Source: Malacoraja senta (Eukaryota). From it: a stretch of DNA of 64,000 bases. Below, one piece after another: positions 1 to 11,789 of this stretch; the first letter of the stretch is position 1, and each line of letters starts with the position of its first letter. The position numbers and the translations under genes are program-made. The notes under the pieces were generated by a model. That model worked only from the letters and a program-made list of their open reading frames with translations. It was not told the origin of the DNA and did no database searches. Location: assembly GCA_038087875.1 (NCBI GenBank), contig CM075987.1:27468001-27532000 (forward strand). The letters run 5' to 3'.

Positions 1-420
1 CTGAAGGTGTGCGTTTTCACACTTCTGCACCTTTTGCCTGATGGGAGAGGGGAGAAGAGGGAGTGGCCAGGGTGCGACTCGTCCTTGATTATGCTGCTGG
101 CCTTGCCGAGGCAGCGTGAGGTGTAGATGGAGTCAATGGCAGGGAGGTTGGTTTGTGTGATGGTCTGGGCTGCGTCCACAATTCGCTGCAATTTCTTGTG
201 GTCTTGGATGGAGCTGTTCCCAAACCATGCTTTGATGCATCCTGATAAAATGCTTTCTGCAGCGCATCTGTAGAAGTTGGTGAGAGTTGTTGGGGACATG
301 CCGAACTTCCTAAACCTTGTAAGAAAGTAGAGGCGTTGGTGTGCATTCTTGGCCGTTGCTTGGATATGGGTGGTCCAGGAGAAGTTGCTGGAGATATTTA
401 CTCCTAGGAACTTGAAGCTC
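1..420 (-). mobile_element. Rex1/Babar-type non-LTR retrotransposon, RT C-terminal fragment (runs off the window start)
   Basis: Minus strand reads SFKFLGVNISSNFSW...TLTNFYRC..ESILSGCI.AWFGNSS...KLQRIVDAAQTIT...IYTSRCLGKASSIIKDESHPGH, typical of the Rex1 ORF C-terminus. Confidence 0.85.
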
Positions 421-883
421 CTTAAACCTAAACTTGAACTTAGAGTTCTCCAGAGATGCTGCCTGACCTGCTAAATTACTCCTAAGTGGCCCACAGGCAG
501 AGAGGAGCGTGGTGAAACATCACCAATTGTCTGGTAGAATCCCAATGTCAGATATCCCTGAGGTTAAGGCCACAGCTATTGGATTCTGAGAGAGAGGGAA
601 GCTCACCGTCTGAAACCACGGATCAGCTGTCTGAAGGGGCTTTTAATTCCTTAAAACATCTTTTGCTCCCAAATGGCTGGCGTGTGAGAGATTTAGTGTC
701 GAGCTGGTTTTAATGATGTTCTGTCTGGGACACGCTATGCAAACAAAGTGAATGCTGAGTTATGAATCCTGAATGAAAAGTAGAAAGGTTCCAACAGACA
801 TTAATTTTAAAGGGCTTTGGGGAAATATAAATTACAGATAAATTACAGCAGGAAATGTCTATGGACAGACTATATAGTGACCT

Positions 884-1044
884 AAGATAGACACAAAATG
901 CTGGAGTAACTCAGCGGGACAGACAGCATCACTGGAGACATGGAATGGGTGACGTTCTTCAGAAGAAGGGTCTCGACCTGAAACGTTCTCCCGTTCCTTC
1001 TCTCCAGAGACGTTGCCTGTCCCGCTGAGTTACTCCAGCATTTT
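884..1044. mobile_element. Penelope-derived hammerhead unit, head-to-head inverted pair
   Basis: aaaatgctggagtaactcagcgggacag arm and its reverse complement flank a degenerate gaagaagggtctcgacctgaaacgtt core. Confidence 0.75.
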
Positions 1045-1053
1045 GGAGGGACC

Positions 1054-1290
1054 CAATACACTAGCACTATCCTAGACACTAGGGACAATTTACAATATTT
1101 ACCAAAGCCAATTAACATACAAACCTGTACGTCTTTGGAATGTGGGAGGAAATTGGAACACCCGGAGAAATCCCACGCAGGTCACGGGGAGAACGTGCAA
1201 ATTCCGATCAGACAGCACCCGTGGTCAGGATCGAACTGGGGTCTCTGGCGCTGTAAGGCAGCAACTCTACCGCTGCGCCATCGTGCCGCC
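1054..1290 (-). mobile_element. HE1-type tRNA-derived V-SINE
   Basis: Minus strand ggcggcacgatggcgcagcggtagagttgctgcc (box A) ... gttcgatcc (box B), followed by the conserved body seen in about 20 copies in this window. Confidence 0.9.
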
Positions 1291-1330
1291 CTCGAGGTCG
1301 AAGGGGCCATCTTAGGCAAGACACTAATAC

Positions 1331-1362
1331 GTCTGAAGAAGGGGCTCAACCCGAAACGTCAC
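1331..1362 (+). ncRNA. Minimal type-I hammerhead ribozyme motif
   Basis: gt-CTGAAGA-a-GGG(gctcaa)CCC-GAAA-C-GTC-ac: core, stem II, palindromic ACGT stem III, GUC triplet and 2-bp stem I. Confidence 0.7.
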
Positions 1363-1458
1363 CCGTTCCTTCTCTCCAGAGATGCTGCCTGTCCCGCTGA
1401 GTCACTCCAGCATTTTGTGTCTACTTTCGATTTAAACCAGCATCTGCAGTTCCTTCCT
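1333..1458 (+). mobile_element. Short Penelope-derived insertion starting at the hammerhead core, 12-bp TSD
   Basis: Direct repeat acactaatacgt at 1321-1332 and 1459-1470; the unit begins CTGAAGAAGGGG...CCCGAAACGTCACC. Confidence 0.85.
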
Positions 1459-1737
1459 ACACTAATACGTTAAGAATTTAATTGAATTCTTGGATGAGAT
1501 GAAGCTAGCCGTGGGGTTTGCTGCCCACCACAGGTCACGGACATATACAGTAACGCAGCTAATCCAACTGAACAGGTGGGGCCCCTCAAACGTAAAAAAA
1601 GAGCACCCAATTCTAGTTATCTTGCTGAGACCCAATAAATGTTGCAAGACAAAATAGCAACCAATGTCACCAAGGCTGATGGATGTAAACCCTGTATGCA
1701 CCATTTCCTGCCACCCAGTGCTATTCAAGTTAACTCA

Positions 1738-2100
1738 TCAGGTCATAAGTGATAGGAGCAGAATCAAGCCATTCAGCCTATCTAGTCTACTCCGCCATTC
1801 AATCATGACTGATCTATCTCACCCTCCTAACCCCATTCTCCTGCCTTCTCCCCATAACATCTGACACCTGTACTCTATCTCTGCCTTAAAAATATCCACT
1901 GACTTGGCCTCCATAGCTTTTTGTGGCAAAGAATTCCACAGGTTCACCACCCTCTGACTAAAGAAATTTCCCCTCATCTCCTAAAAGAACATCCTTTAAT
2001 TCTGAGGCTATGACTTCCAGTCTCTACCACTAGTGGAAACATGCTCTCCACATCCACTCTATCCAAGCCTTTCACTATTCCGTACGTTTCAATGAGGCCA
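1738..2100 (-). mobile_element. CR1-clade LINE 3' fragment (cctaattctgctcctatcacttatga-tail subfamily)
   Basis: Same sequence as 15870-16155 and 46327-46860; encodes the FF.QRVVNLWNSL C-terminus. Confidence 0.8.
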
Positions 2101-2435
2101 ATGAACTGAAGCCAAGTCAACTGGAGTTTACTGCCATTGGCACCAGTACGGAGGTACAGGGAACATGAAAATCATGCTTGCGTCAGCCTCCCAGAGACAT
2201 AGACTCGGACAGCACTCGCACATATAAATCATACATCAATTATTCATTAGTTATACACAAATTTCAAGTAAAAAAACTTTTTTAAAAACTTTCTTTTTTT
2301 GTGGTCAAATAGGATGGGCGAATGGGCCTAATGTAGACGGGGCATCTTGGTCGACATGGATGAGTTGGGTCTGTTTCTGTGTTGTGTGAAACATTTGGAC
2401 AGTTACAAGGTTATGATAACTCAAGTCAACTCAAT

Positions 2436-2783
2436 GTTTCTGATAGTCCCAACCTCAACTACCTCCTCTGGCAGCTCGTTCCATACACCCACCACCCTTG
2501 GGTGAAAAAAAGTTACCTCTCAGGTTCCTATTGAATCTTTCCCCCCTCACCTTAAACCTACTGTATGTCCTCTGGTTCTGCATTCCCCTACTCTGGGCCA
2601 GAGACTCTGTGCCTCTACCCGATCTATTCCTCTCATGATTTTATACACCTCTATAAGATCACCACCCCTCACCCTCCTGTCCTCCAGGGAATAGAGACCC
2701 AGCCTACTCAACCTCTCCCTATAGCTCTGGCCCACGAGTCCTGGCAACATCCTCGTAAATCTTCTCTGCACCTTTTCCAGCTG
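2436..2783 (-). mobile_element. CR1/HER1-type LINE 3' fragment
   Basis: ORF 2547-2771: QRRFTRMLPGL..SYRERLSRLGLYSLE.RR.RGDLIEVYKIMRGIDRV...RTRGH. Confidence 0.85.
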
Positions 2784-3125
2784 ACAAAGTACTGCCCGGT
2801 GACTAGGTCCTGCCTGGTTTAACTTTCCACTGACGTTACAGAGTAGGGTGTTGCTGACTTCTAAAGAAGTTAAAAATGAGGATTTACAGCAGACATAAAG
2901 GTTACATGTTAATTTATCTTAAAACAGGAACTGGGGACCTCATGTTGGAAAAGTTTGGAATTCTTTTGTGGTTCTGCAATTTTCCACTGACAAAAGTTGT
3001 GTTTTTGAATAACAGAAAAGTGCAGACGCTGGTAATGTGAAGAGGAGAATGCTGGAAATGTTCCAGACTTGTCCCCCTGGATATTTCCATCATTCCCAGT
3101 TTTACTTCTGACAGCTACGTGACAG

Positions 3126-3422
3126 GAGAGAGAGGCGAGGCGGGCAGCATCGGCAGAGCAGATGGAATCGATTTCCCCGCCCTTCACACAGGACCTGCGC
3201 AAGTCTCAGCCGACTGAAGTCAATGGAGCTACGTACCAGGAGCAGCTCCAACAGATGACAACATCACACGGCCGGCTTTACATCCTTCCCACGTTCAACT
3301 TCGCTCCTGACAATTATACGGTGATGCAAGGGGTTTCTCAGGGAACGCATTCACGCCAGCACTTTCCAAAATACCCAAAGCAGAAAAACAATTCCCTGCA
3401 CGGCGTCCTTCCAGAGAAATAA
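3126..3422 (+). CDS. Probable terminal coding exon of an unidentified host gene (EREARRAASAEQMESISPPF...GRLYILPTFNF...GVLPEK*)
   Basis: Non-repetitive, CpG-retaining 98-codon frame ending in TAA; preceded by a pyrimidine-rich tract and ...gtgacag acceptor (3101-3125) with an in-frame TGA just upstream; protein-like composition. Confidence 0.6.
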   Translation, partial: EREARRAASAEQMESISPPFTQDLRKSQPTEVNGATYQEQLQQMTTSHGRLYILPTFNFAPDNYTVMQGVSQGTHSRQHFPKYPKQKNNSLHGVLPEK

Positions 3423-3707
3423 CAGATCCTGCAACTCTCTGGTGGGGGAACATGGGCTGACGTGCAACTTGACACAGCAATACAGATGACCCATGTTGTA
3501 ATGGACCATGAGTGTCTACTATTGCCGATTGCCGATGACCCAGTATCACCAATCCTCAATGCCCAAGATCTGCTCTTCAGTAAAGTAGGTCTTGATTCAT
3601 CCTAACAGGGAATATTTGGATGGTCTCGTTGGAATGGACTCCTCCACATATTTCCCTATGAAGTCTATAGCACTGTGGCGTACTCGTTCAGGTCCATTGC
3701 CAAGTCT

Positions 3708-4010
3708 TAGTTTAGTTTAGTTCAGTTTAGAGATACAGCACAGAAACGGGCCCATTGGCCCACCGAGTCCACACCAACTAGCGATCCCCACACACTAACA
3801 CTACCCTACACACACGAGGGACATTTATACCAAGCTAATTAACCTACAAACCTGTACATCTTTGGAGTGTGGGAGGAAACTGAAGTTTTCGGAGAAAACC
3901 CACGCAGGTCACAGGGAGAACGTACAAACTCCGTACAGACAGCACCCGTAGTCAGGATCTAAGCCGGGTGTCTGGTGCTATGAGGCAGCAACTCTACCGC
4001 TGCGCCACCA
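3708..4010 (-). mobile_element. HE1-type SINE
   Basis: Full body with tRNA-like head and (ctaaa)n tail. Confidence 0.9.
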
Positions 4011-4229
4011 AGCCACCCACATCCTTCAACATTGCCCATTCTACCAACTCCAAGCAGTTTGAACTGCACTCCTCCTCTGCCCTTGACCAGCTCTATGCAA
4101 CCCTCACCACTGAAGATGTGCTCTTCACTCGCTGTTATTCCACCCCCCTCTTCCCTACTTACCCTTCCCCCCTCTCTTCCACCCATAACTCTCCCATCAC
4201 ATTTACATTCCACTCCTCCTCTTCTTGCT

Positions 4230-4463
4230 TTTTGACACCGTTTCATCTCTGGTGTTTGTCACTTACTCAACCCATCAGCTTCCAGGCTTTGCTCCACCAC
4301 CCCTCACTTTTCCAGCTCCCCCCCACAACAACTCCCTTCATCTGAAGAAGGGTCCCAACTGAAAATGTCGTCCGTCCAAATCCCTCCGCTGACTGACCGG
4401 CTGAGTTCCTCTAGAACTTTGTTTTTCGTTCAAGATTCCAGCATCTGCATTTTCTTGTGTCTC
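4230..4463 (+). mobile_element. Old Penelope-like pLTR fragment with degenerate hammerhead
   Basis: Pyrimidine-rich lead-in, tctgaagaagggtcccaactgaaaatgtc, then ...ccagcatctgcattttcttgtgtctc tail. Confidence 0.6.
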
Positions 4464-4979
4464 CAAAGCCTTTATCCTGTGAGGTTGGCGACCTAGACTT
4501 CAAACACATTATCCATTGGGTTGTGAAAGTTCCAGTGGAATCAGATGCAATCACAACTGCAGGCAATTCATTCCAAACTTTACCAACCCGCAGTCAGAAA
4601 ACATTCACCTCATTCCTCCTCGACTTCTTTTGCCAAACATTTCTGATCTCCGGCTTCTGGCTAGTGCCCACATACCGATAGAAATAATTCCTCTTTTCCC
4701 ACTTCATCAAAACCACATGTTGTTTAGATGCTGGCGTTGGTATCCTCACTGCCCTCTCTACGAAGACCAAGCTCAGACGCTCCAATTCCTCCACAGAACT
4801 AGTTCCTCAGTCTGGATACAATCCTGGTCACGATCCTTTGTATATTCCTTGTATTCATGTAAAAGATACACCCGTTCTAAAGTGTGGTGGCCAGAGTTGG
4901 ATAAGCATCTTGCAGCTTTCTGGCCAATGAACATTGGTGATGATGCGTGCCCATCATTTGCCATTATTATCACTTTATT

Positions 4980-5312
4980 TATTCTACACACTAGGGACAA
5001 TTCACAATTTTTACCAAAGCTGAATTAACCTACAAACCTGTATGTCCTTGGAGATAGATACAAAATGCTGGAGTAACTCAGCGGGACAGGCAGCATCTCT
5101 GGAGAGAATGAATGGGCGACGTTTCGAGTCGAGACAATTCATCAGACTTTGGAGCTTCTTTGGAGTGTGGGAGGAAACTGGAGCACCTGGAGGAAACCCA
5201 CGCGGTCACAGGGAGAACGTACAAACTCCATACAGACAGCACCCGTAGTCAGGATCGAACCCGGGTCTCTGCCACTGTGAGGCAGCAACTCTACCGCTGC
5301 GCCACCGTGCCA
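4980..5312 (-). mobile_element. HE1-type SINE interrupted by a Penelope/hammerhead unit (about 5054-5147)
   Basis: SINE body split at a c(c/t)ttggag duplication. Confidence 0.8.
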
Positions 5313-5399
5313 CTCTTATGTCTGGTGATTTTATGGACAGTAAACTTGTTAAATTAACCTGCAAGTAGTTGATGAACCCCAGTGACTAGCAGAGGTGGA

Positions 5400-5567
5400 G
5401 GTGACCGTGTCAATGTCTGCCAGGCCCTGAGCTCCATTTGGTGGGTGGTAGAGCGGGCACCCAGAGATGACATGGTTGGCTGTGTGTTGTTCTGGCTCCG
5501 CATTCACAGGCTGGGCTCTGGCGGAGCCCCCATCTCCACACGCTGGCATTGAAACGCCCAACTCCAG
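5400..5567 (-). mobile_element. Vingi/Ingi-like LINE C-terminal zinc-knuckle fragment
   Basis: With one frameshift reads TGVGRFNASVWRWGLRQSPACECGA/EQHTANHVISGCPLYHPPNGAQGLADID (C-x-C-x8-H-x4-C). Confidence 0.65.
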
Positions 5568-6057
5568 AGGGTGTGATTTGCTGCCTGGATGTCCAAGAAA
5601 TGAATGCTGGCTTGAAAGAAGCAGAACAATGTGTCTGATGTCACGATCGGCCCATGTAGCATGTTTTTGGCAGATACAGGATACACTGGCATGCAGGCTG
5701 CCCTTCCTGCCAACGGAACTCGCAGGGATAAACCTCAAACACCTGAGCATTTGTCGGGTTAAGATAGTGCTGAAGCCAGGCGACTCTTTGCAGTAAGTAC
5801 TACCTTTGGCAACTCTTTGCGTGCTGGTCCCAGAAGTAGATCTGCTATTCTTCATTACCCATCGCTCCACTGTTTAAAATCTTTCTTTCAACAGCAGCGT
5901 TCCGCCAACTATGCTCCTGTTAACCTCCTCTATAGAAGTTTGAAAACGCACACCTCAGATTCAGGGACAGTTTATTCCCAGCTGTTATCAGGCAACTGAA
6001 CCATCCTCTCACCAGCTAGAGAGCGGTCCTGAATTACCCTCTACCTCACCGGAGACC

Positions 6058-6508
6058 GTCCACAGTGTACAGATACGGGATAAAGGGAATAACATTCACT
6101 GCAAAATAAAGTCCAGGAAAGTCCTATTAAAGATGGTTCAAAGGTTTCCAATGAGGTAGATGGCATGTCAAAACTGCTCTCTAGTTGGTGGTAGGATGGT
6201 TCAGTTGCCTGACAACAGCTGGGAAGAAACTGTCCCTGAATCTGGAGGTGTGCGTTTTCACACTTCTGTGCCTTTTGCCTGATGGGAGAGGGGAGACGAG
6301 GGAGTGGCCGGGGTGCGACTGGTCCTTGATTATGCTGCTGGCCTTGCCGAGGCAGCGTGAAGTGTAGATGGAGCCAATGGAAGGGAGATTGGATTGCCTG
6401 ATGGTCTGGGCTGTGTCTACAACACTCTGCAACCTGTTGCGGTCTTGGATGGAGCTGTTCCCAAACCAATGGAGCTGTTCCCAAACCAATGGAGATGTTC
6501 CCAAACCA
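6058..6508 (-). mobile_element. Rex1/Babar LINE 3' fragment, with an inverted partial copy at 5930-6057
   Basis: ORF 6181-6516: WFGNSSIQDRNRLQ...SRFRDSFFPAVVRQLNHP; 20-bp unit tggagctgttcccaaaccaa occurs three times at the 5' junction. Confidence 0.85.
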
Positions 6509-7279
6509 ACAGCCAAGCTCCACGTTTCATGGTCTATTTTCTCTGCTAATTGTTTTTAAATGAAACCAAATGCAAAGCTTCCTGCAATATTTAATATGAA
6601 CACATTGTACTGCACCTAGATTAAAAGGAAATCTATGAGTGTACATGACAATTGACAAGGGACTCCCTAAAGTACACGCACAGTTAGTGAGTGTATTAGC
6701 ACTGAAAGGCTGAATGTAATTATTCCAATAAAACTGGTACACACAGTACTTGTACAACTAATACCTCCGGCCTTGAGTCAATCATTAAAGCCGCTGACAA
6801 ATAAGAACATAGACAGTACAGCACAGGAACGGGCCCTTCAGCCCACAATGTTAGAGTGATACAGCGTGGAAACAGGCCCTTCGGCCCAACTCGCCCACAC
6901 TGGTCAACAATGTCCCATCTACACTAGTCCCACCTGGCCGCGTTTGGTCCAGAACCCTCCAAACCCATCCCACCCATGTACCTGTCCAACTGTTTCTTAA
7001 ATGTTGGGATAGTCCCCTGCCTCAACTACCTCCTCTGGCAGCTTATTCCATACACCCACCACCCTCTGTGTGAAAAAGTTACCCCTTGGATTCCTGTGTC
7101 CTCTGGTCCTCGATTCCCCTACTCTGGGCAAGGTACACCAGTGTTTTCTCAGGTTGGGGTGTTGGGCAGGTGATGGGAAAGTATGTTCTGCTGCTGCAGG
7201 TCAGTCTGGAGCATGGCTGACCTGGCTGCAGTGTCTCAAGGAAGGCTTCAGTGGCAAAGTGACTGCAATGCTGCAAGCG

Positions 7280-7517
7280 AGATTAGAGAGGGATTAGAGG
7301 GCAGTCACGGTGACACAGCGGTAGAGTTGCTGCCTTACAGCAAAAATGCAGCGCCAGAGACCCGGGTTCGATCCAGACTACCGGTGCTGTCTGTACGGAG
7401 TTTGTACGTTCTCCCCGTGATCTGCGTGGGTTTTCTCCGAGATCTTCGGTTTCCTCCCACACTCCAAAGACGTACAGGTTTGTAGGTGAATTGGCTTGGT
7501 AAAAATGTAAAATTGTC
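7280..7517 (+). mobile_element. HE1-type SINE (variant with an insertion in the tRNA-like head)
   Basis: Box A, box B and V-domain body. Confidence 0.85.
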
Positions 7518-8400
7518 CAAGTTGGCGATATGCAGAGTACTGCCCTGCCGACTACAAAATTCAGAAGGTTCAGCAGGTTTACAGCAGGTACACAGAAACA
7601 TGGCAAAGTGGCCTGACACGCGAAACTGCAGTTGCTCGAGTCCTGAGCAGCTGGAGGACCTCAGTGGGTCAGGCAGCATCTCTGGAGGGAATGGACAGCC
7701 TACCTTTTGGGTCGAGACCCTTGTTCATGGGGTTGAGAGGGAAAGATAGATCAGCCATGATTGAATGGCAGAGTAGACTTGATGGGACAAATGGCCTAAT
7801 TCTGCTCCTAGAACTGATGAACTCAGAAGGATCTGAGTCTGAAGAAGGGTCCTGACCCGGAATGTTGCTTGTCCATTCCCTCCCCAGATGCTGTCACTGA
7901 TGGAGTACCACGGTGGCGCAGCGGTGGAGTTGTTGCCTCACAGCGCTAGAGACCCGGGTTCGATCCTGACTACAGGTGCTGTCTGTACGGAGTTTGAACG
8001 TTCTCCCCGTCACCACATGAGTTTTCTCCGTGTGCTCCGGATTCCCCCCCACATTCCAAAGACACGCAGGCTTGTAGATTAATTAGTCGCTAGTGGGTAG
8101 GATGAACCCGGTGGACCGAAGCACCTTTACTTTACTCTAAAACGTTGTGTTTAGTTACAAATAATGTTGTCCACAGTCCACCTGCCCTTTGCCGTGATAA
8201 AGCACAACACACTGGAGGAAACCCGCCTCCTGCAAGTTACTGTCAACTCTAAAACATAGTGGACTCCTTCAGCTGCACCAGTATACAGCGGCACAGGCAC
8301 ACGGGCAGAGTAAGGCCATTCGGCCCCAGCTACTCTGCCATTCAATACTGGCTGATCTATCATTCCCTCTCAACCCCAATCTCCTACCTTCTCCCCAATA

Positions 8401-9005
8401 AGTTCAGTTTAGTTGAGTTTATTGTCACGTGTACGGAGGTACAGTGAAAAGCTTTTGTTGCATGCTATCTAGTCAACACAAAGACAATACATGATTACAA
8501 TCGATCCATTTATAGTGAATAGATACATGTTAAGGGAATAACGTTTAGTGCAAGGTAAAGCCAGCAAAGTCCAATCAAGGATAGTCCAAGGGTCACCAAT
8601 GAAGTAGATAGTAGTTCAGGACTGCTCTCTGGTTGTGGTAGGATGGTTCAGTTGCCTGATAACTGCTGGGAAGAAACTGTCACTGAATCGGGAGGTGTGC
8701 GTTTTCACCCTTCTGTACCTTTTGCCCGATGGGAGAGGGGAGAAGATGGAGTGGCCGGGGTGCGACTCATCCTTGATGATGCTGCTGGCCTTGCCGAGGC
8801 AGCGTGAGGTGTAGATGGAGTCAATGGAAGGAAGGTTGGTTGTGTGATGGTCTGGGCTGCGTCCACAATTCGCTGCAATTTCTTGCGGTCCTGGATGGAG
8901 CTGTTCCCAAACCATGCTATGATGCATCCTGATAAAATGCTTTCAATGGTGCACCTGTACAAGTTGGTGAGAGTTGTAGGGGGACATGCCAAACTTCCTA
9001 AACCT
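8401..9005 (-). mobile_element. Rex1/Babar LINE 3' end with UTR and tail
   Basis: TLTNLYRCTIESILSGCIIAWFGNSS...SRFSDSFFPAVIRQLNHP, then UTR ending tcactgtacctccgtacacgtgacaataaa and an (aact/g)-repeat tail. Confidence 0.9.
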
Positions 9006-9030
9006 TTGAAACCTTCAAATTATATTTATA

Positions 9031-9329
9031 GTTTAGTTTAGAAATACAGTATGGTAACAGACCCACCGGGTCCGCGCTGACCAGCGATCCCCGCACACTA
9101 ACACTATCCTACACACACAAGGGACAATTTTTACATTTATACCAAGCCAATTAATCCACAAACCTACACGTCTTTGGAGAGTGGGAGGAAACCGAAGATC
9201 TCGGAGAAAACCCACGCGGTCACGGGGAGAACTTACAATCTCTGTACAGACAGCACGCGTAGTCGGGATTGAACCTGGGTGTCCGGCGTTGTGAGGCAGC
9301 AACTCTACCGCTACGCCACCGTGCCGCCC
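9031..9329 (-). mobile_element. HE1-type SINE
   Basis: Full-length match to other copies. Confidence 0.9.
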
Positions 9330-9927
9330 TATATGTGCAATTTAAAATTGGAAATGATTTAAAAATGACAGAAAAAGTCTCTCTGGCACTAACACCGAGT
9401 TGAGCTGGAGCCATCTTGCTGATTGGTATTGAAACTCTTTTTGAAATGGAAGGGAATGTTTCACTGTATATAAAAGTTAGCTCGCCGAACTGATGCCTCC
9501 TCACCTCAGTTATCCTCACAGGATTACACTTATGTAAAATACAGAACAGGAAATGCTGGACTCAGTCAGCAGGTTGAGCATGCCACACTTGTGGAAAGGG
9601 AAACAGAGTTAGCGTTTCAAGCCAATGACCTTTCATCAAAGCTTTTCCATTCCTACATTTCTCCGGTACAACTAACTGTGGAATGTCCCATGGCACTTCA
9701 AAGGAATGTTTTATTAAGTTAAATTTGACACCCCCGCCCACACACATAAAAAGATACCAGAGCATGTGTCTAAAAGCTTTGATAAAATGTTGAAAGGGCT
9801 GGTGGTGCAGAGAGGTTCAGGGAGAGAACTTGAGGACATGCTCACCTTTATGTATGACATGTCCCACAAGCTGGAAAGAGTGCAGCGATGACTGACAAGG
9901 ATGTGTCGGATGGAACTGTAGATACCC

Positions 9928-10129
9928 AAGATAGACACAAAGTGCTGTATTAACTCAGTGGGACAGGCAGCATCTGTGAAGCGAAGGAATGGGTGACTTC
10001 TTCAGACTCATTTTGTGTCTACATTCCGTAAATCTGAAGAAGGGTCTCGAGCTGAAAACGTCACCCATTCCTTCTCTCCAGAGATGCTGCCTGTCCCACT
10101 GAGTTAATACAGCACTTTGTGTCTATCTT
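9928..10129. mobile_element. Penelope-derived inverted pair with perfect 48-bp arms
   Basis: 9928-9975 is the exact reverse complement of 10082-10129; degenerate hammerhead at 10034-10063. Confidence 0.85.
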
Positions 10130-10131
10130 TC

Positions 10132-10587
10132 ATTAACGAGGATGTTGCCAGGACTTGAGGGCCTGAGCTACAGGGAGAGGTTGGGCAGGTTAGGACTCTA
10201 TTTCTTGGAGCAAAAAAGGATGAGAGGTGATCCTACAGAGGTGTATAAGATCAGAGTAGAAGAACATAGTCTTTTACCCAGAGTAGGGGAATCAAGAACC
10301 AGAGGACATAGGATTAAGGTGAGAGGGGAAAGATTTAATAGGAATCTGTGGGGCAACTTTTTCACATAGAGGGTGGTGGGTGTATGGAATGAGCTGCCAG
10401 AGGAGGTAGTTAAGGCTGGTACTATCCCAATGTTTAAGAAACAGTTAAACAGATACGTGGATTGGACAGGTTTGGAGGGATATGGACCAAACCTGGGTAG
10501 GTAGGAATAGTGTAGATGGGGCAGCTGAGTTGGCAAGGGTAAGTTGGGCCGAAGGGCCTGTTTCCGTGGTATATGTTCCTGTGACTG
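10132..10587 (+). mobile_element. CR1/HER1-type LINE 3' end
   Basis: MLPGLEGLSYRERLGRLGLY...RTRGH...FFT; 3' tail gggccgaagggcctgtttcc shared with HE1 SINEs. Confidence 0.85.
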
Positions 10588-10884
10588 TAAATCAAGTAAA
10601 AGAGCATAAGGTATTTAAAGTAAGGAGTTAGCGATTCAGAGGTGTTTTTAATCTAGAGGCTTGGTTATGCTGGTGGCCTTGCCGAGGCAGCATGGCTGAT
10701 TTCCAATTTCATTAATCCCATATCTCTGGATCCTTTTAATATCCGAAAAGGTTGTGATCTCTGTCTTGTATCCACACAGTGACTGAGCCACCAGAGCTCT
10801 CTGGGGTAGGGAATTGCAACGATTCATGTGGGTGAAGAATTCCGTTTGTATTCCCGTCTGAAAAAGCCAACTCTTTATTTGGAG

Positions 10885-10966
10885 ATAGACACAAAAATCT
10901 GGAGTAACTCAGCGGGACTGGAGAAAAGGAATGGGTGACCTTTCAGGTCGAGACCCTTCTTCAGAC
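10885..10966 (-). mobile_element. Short Penelope/hammerhead insertion, 10-bp TSD
   Basis: ttatttggag at 10875-10884 and 10967-10976. Confidence 0.8.
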
Positions 10967-11789
10967 TTATTTGGAGGCTGTGACTCTTGGTCCCAGACAC
11001 CCTAACCAATGGCATGCATCTACATTGTAAAACCTTTCAAGAAATGTGTACTTTTAAATGATACCACTTCTTATTATAAACTCAAGAATATAAGGAGTAC
11101 ATTATCATATCTATCAGGAATACAGGCCTTTCACAGCCTCACAACATTCCAAGGTGTTTTAGAGGCAACACTGTGATGCATTGCTACAACAGTAATGTTT
11201 ACTATTAGACTCATAGAGTGATACAGCGAGGTAACAGGCCCTTCGGCCCAACTTGCCCACACCGACCAACATGTCCCATCTACACTAGTCCCACCTGCCT
11301 GCGTTTGGCCCATATCCCTCCAAACCTGTCCTATCCATGTACCTGTCTAACTGTTCCTTAAACATTGCAACAGTCCCTGCCTCAACTACCTCCTCTGGCA
11401 GCTGATTCCATTCACCTCCCCACCCTCTGTGTGAAAAAGTTGCCCCTCAGATTCGTGTTAAATATCATTTCAACCTCAGGGTAACGCAGAGTGAAAATAC
11501 CTGAAAGAAATCAGCAGGAACATAGTTACAATCAGTTAGAATATAGTTAATCTAGAAAGCAGCATGAAGGGTGTTGTTGCCATGTTTTAAAAGGCATTGC
11601 ATTGCCTAATTGTGCAATTTAGCTTCATGTTCCCACTGCGGATTGGCAGAAGCCAGGCAATAAAACATTTTCACAGTTCTCATTGACTGATTCTAATGTG
11701 TGTACAAGGAGTTTGAAACATGTTTTCCTTCAGAATCTCTGGCCCGAGTCTCCAGACATGAAGCAGAAGCTGGGAGGATTACTTTGGTG

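Noticed and set aside
3968..5028. Long ORFs 3968-4345 and 4516-5028 as genes
   Set aside because: They run through SINE, Penelope and decayed CR1 sequence with low-complexity composition and no domain signature
6449..6508. CRISPR-like repeat array (20-bp unit, three copies)
   Set aside because: No spacers; it is a tandem duplication at a Rex1 5' junction in eukaryotic DNA
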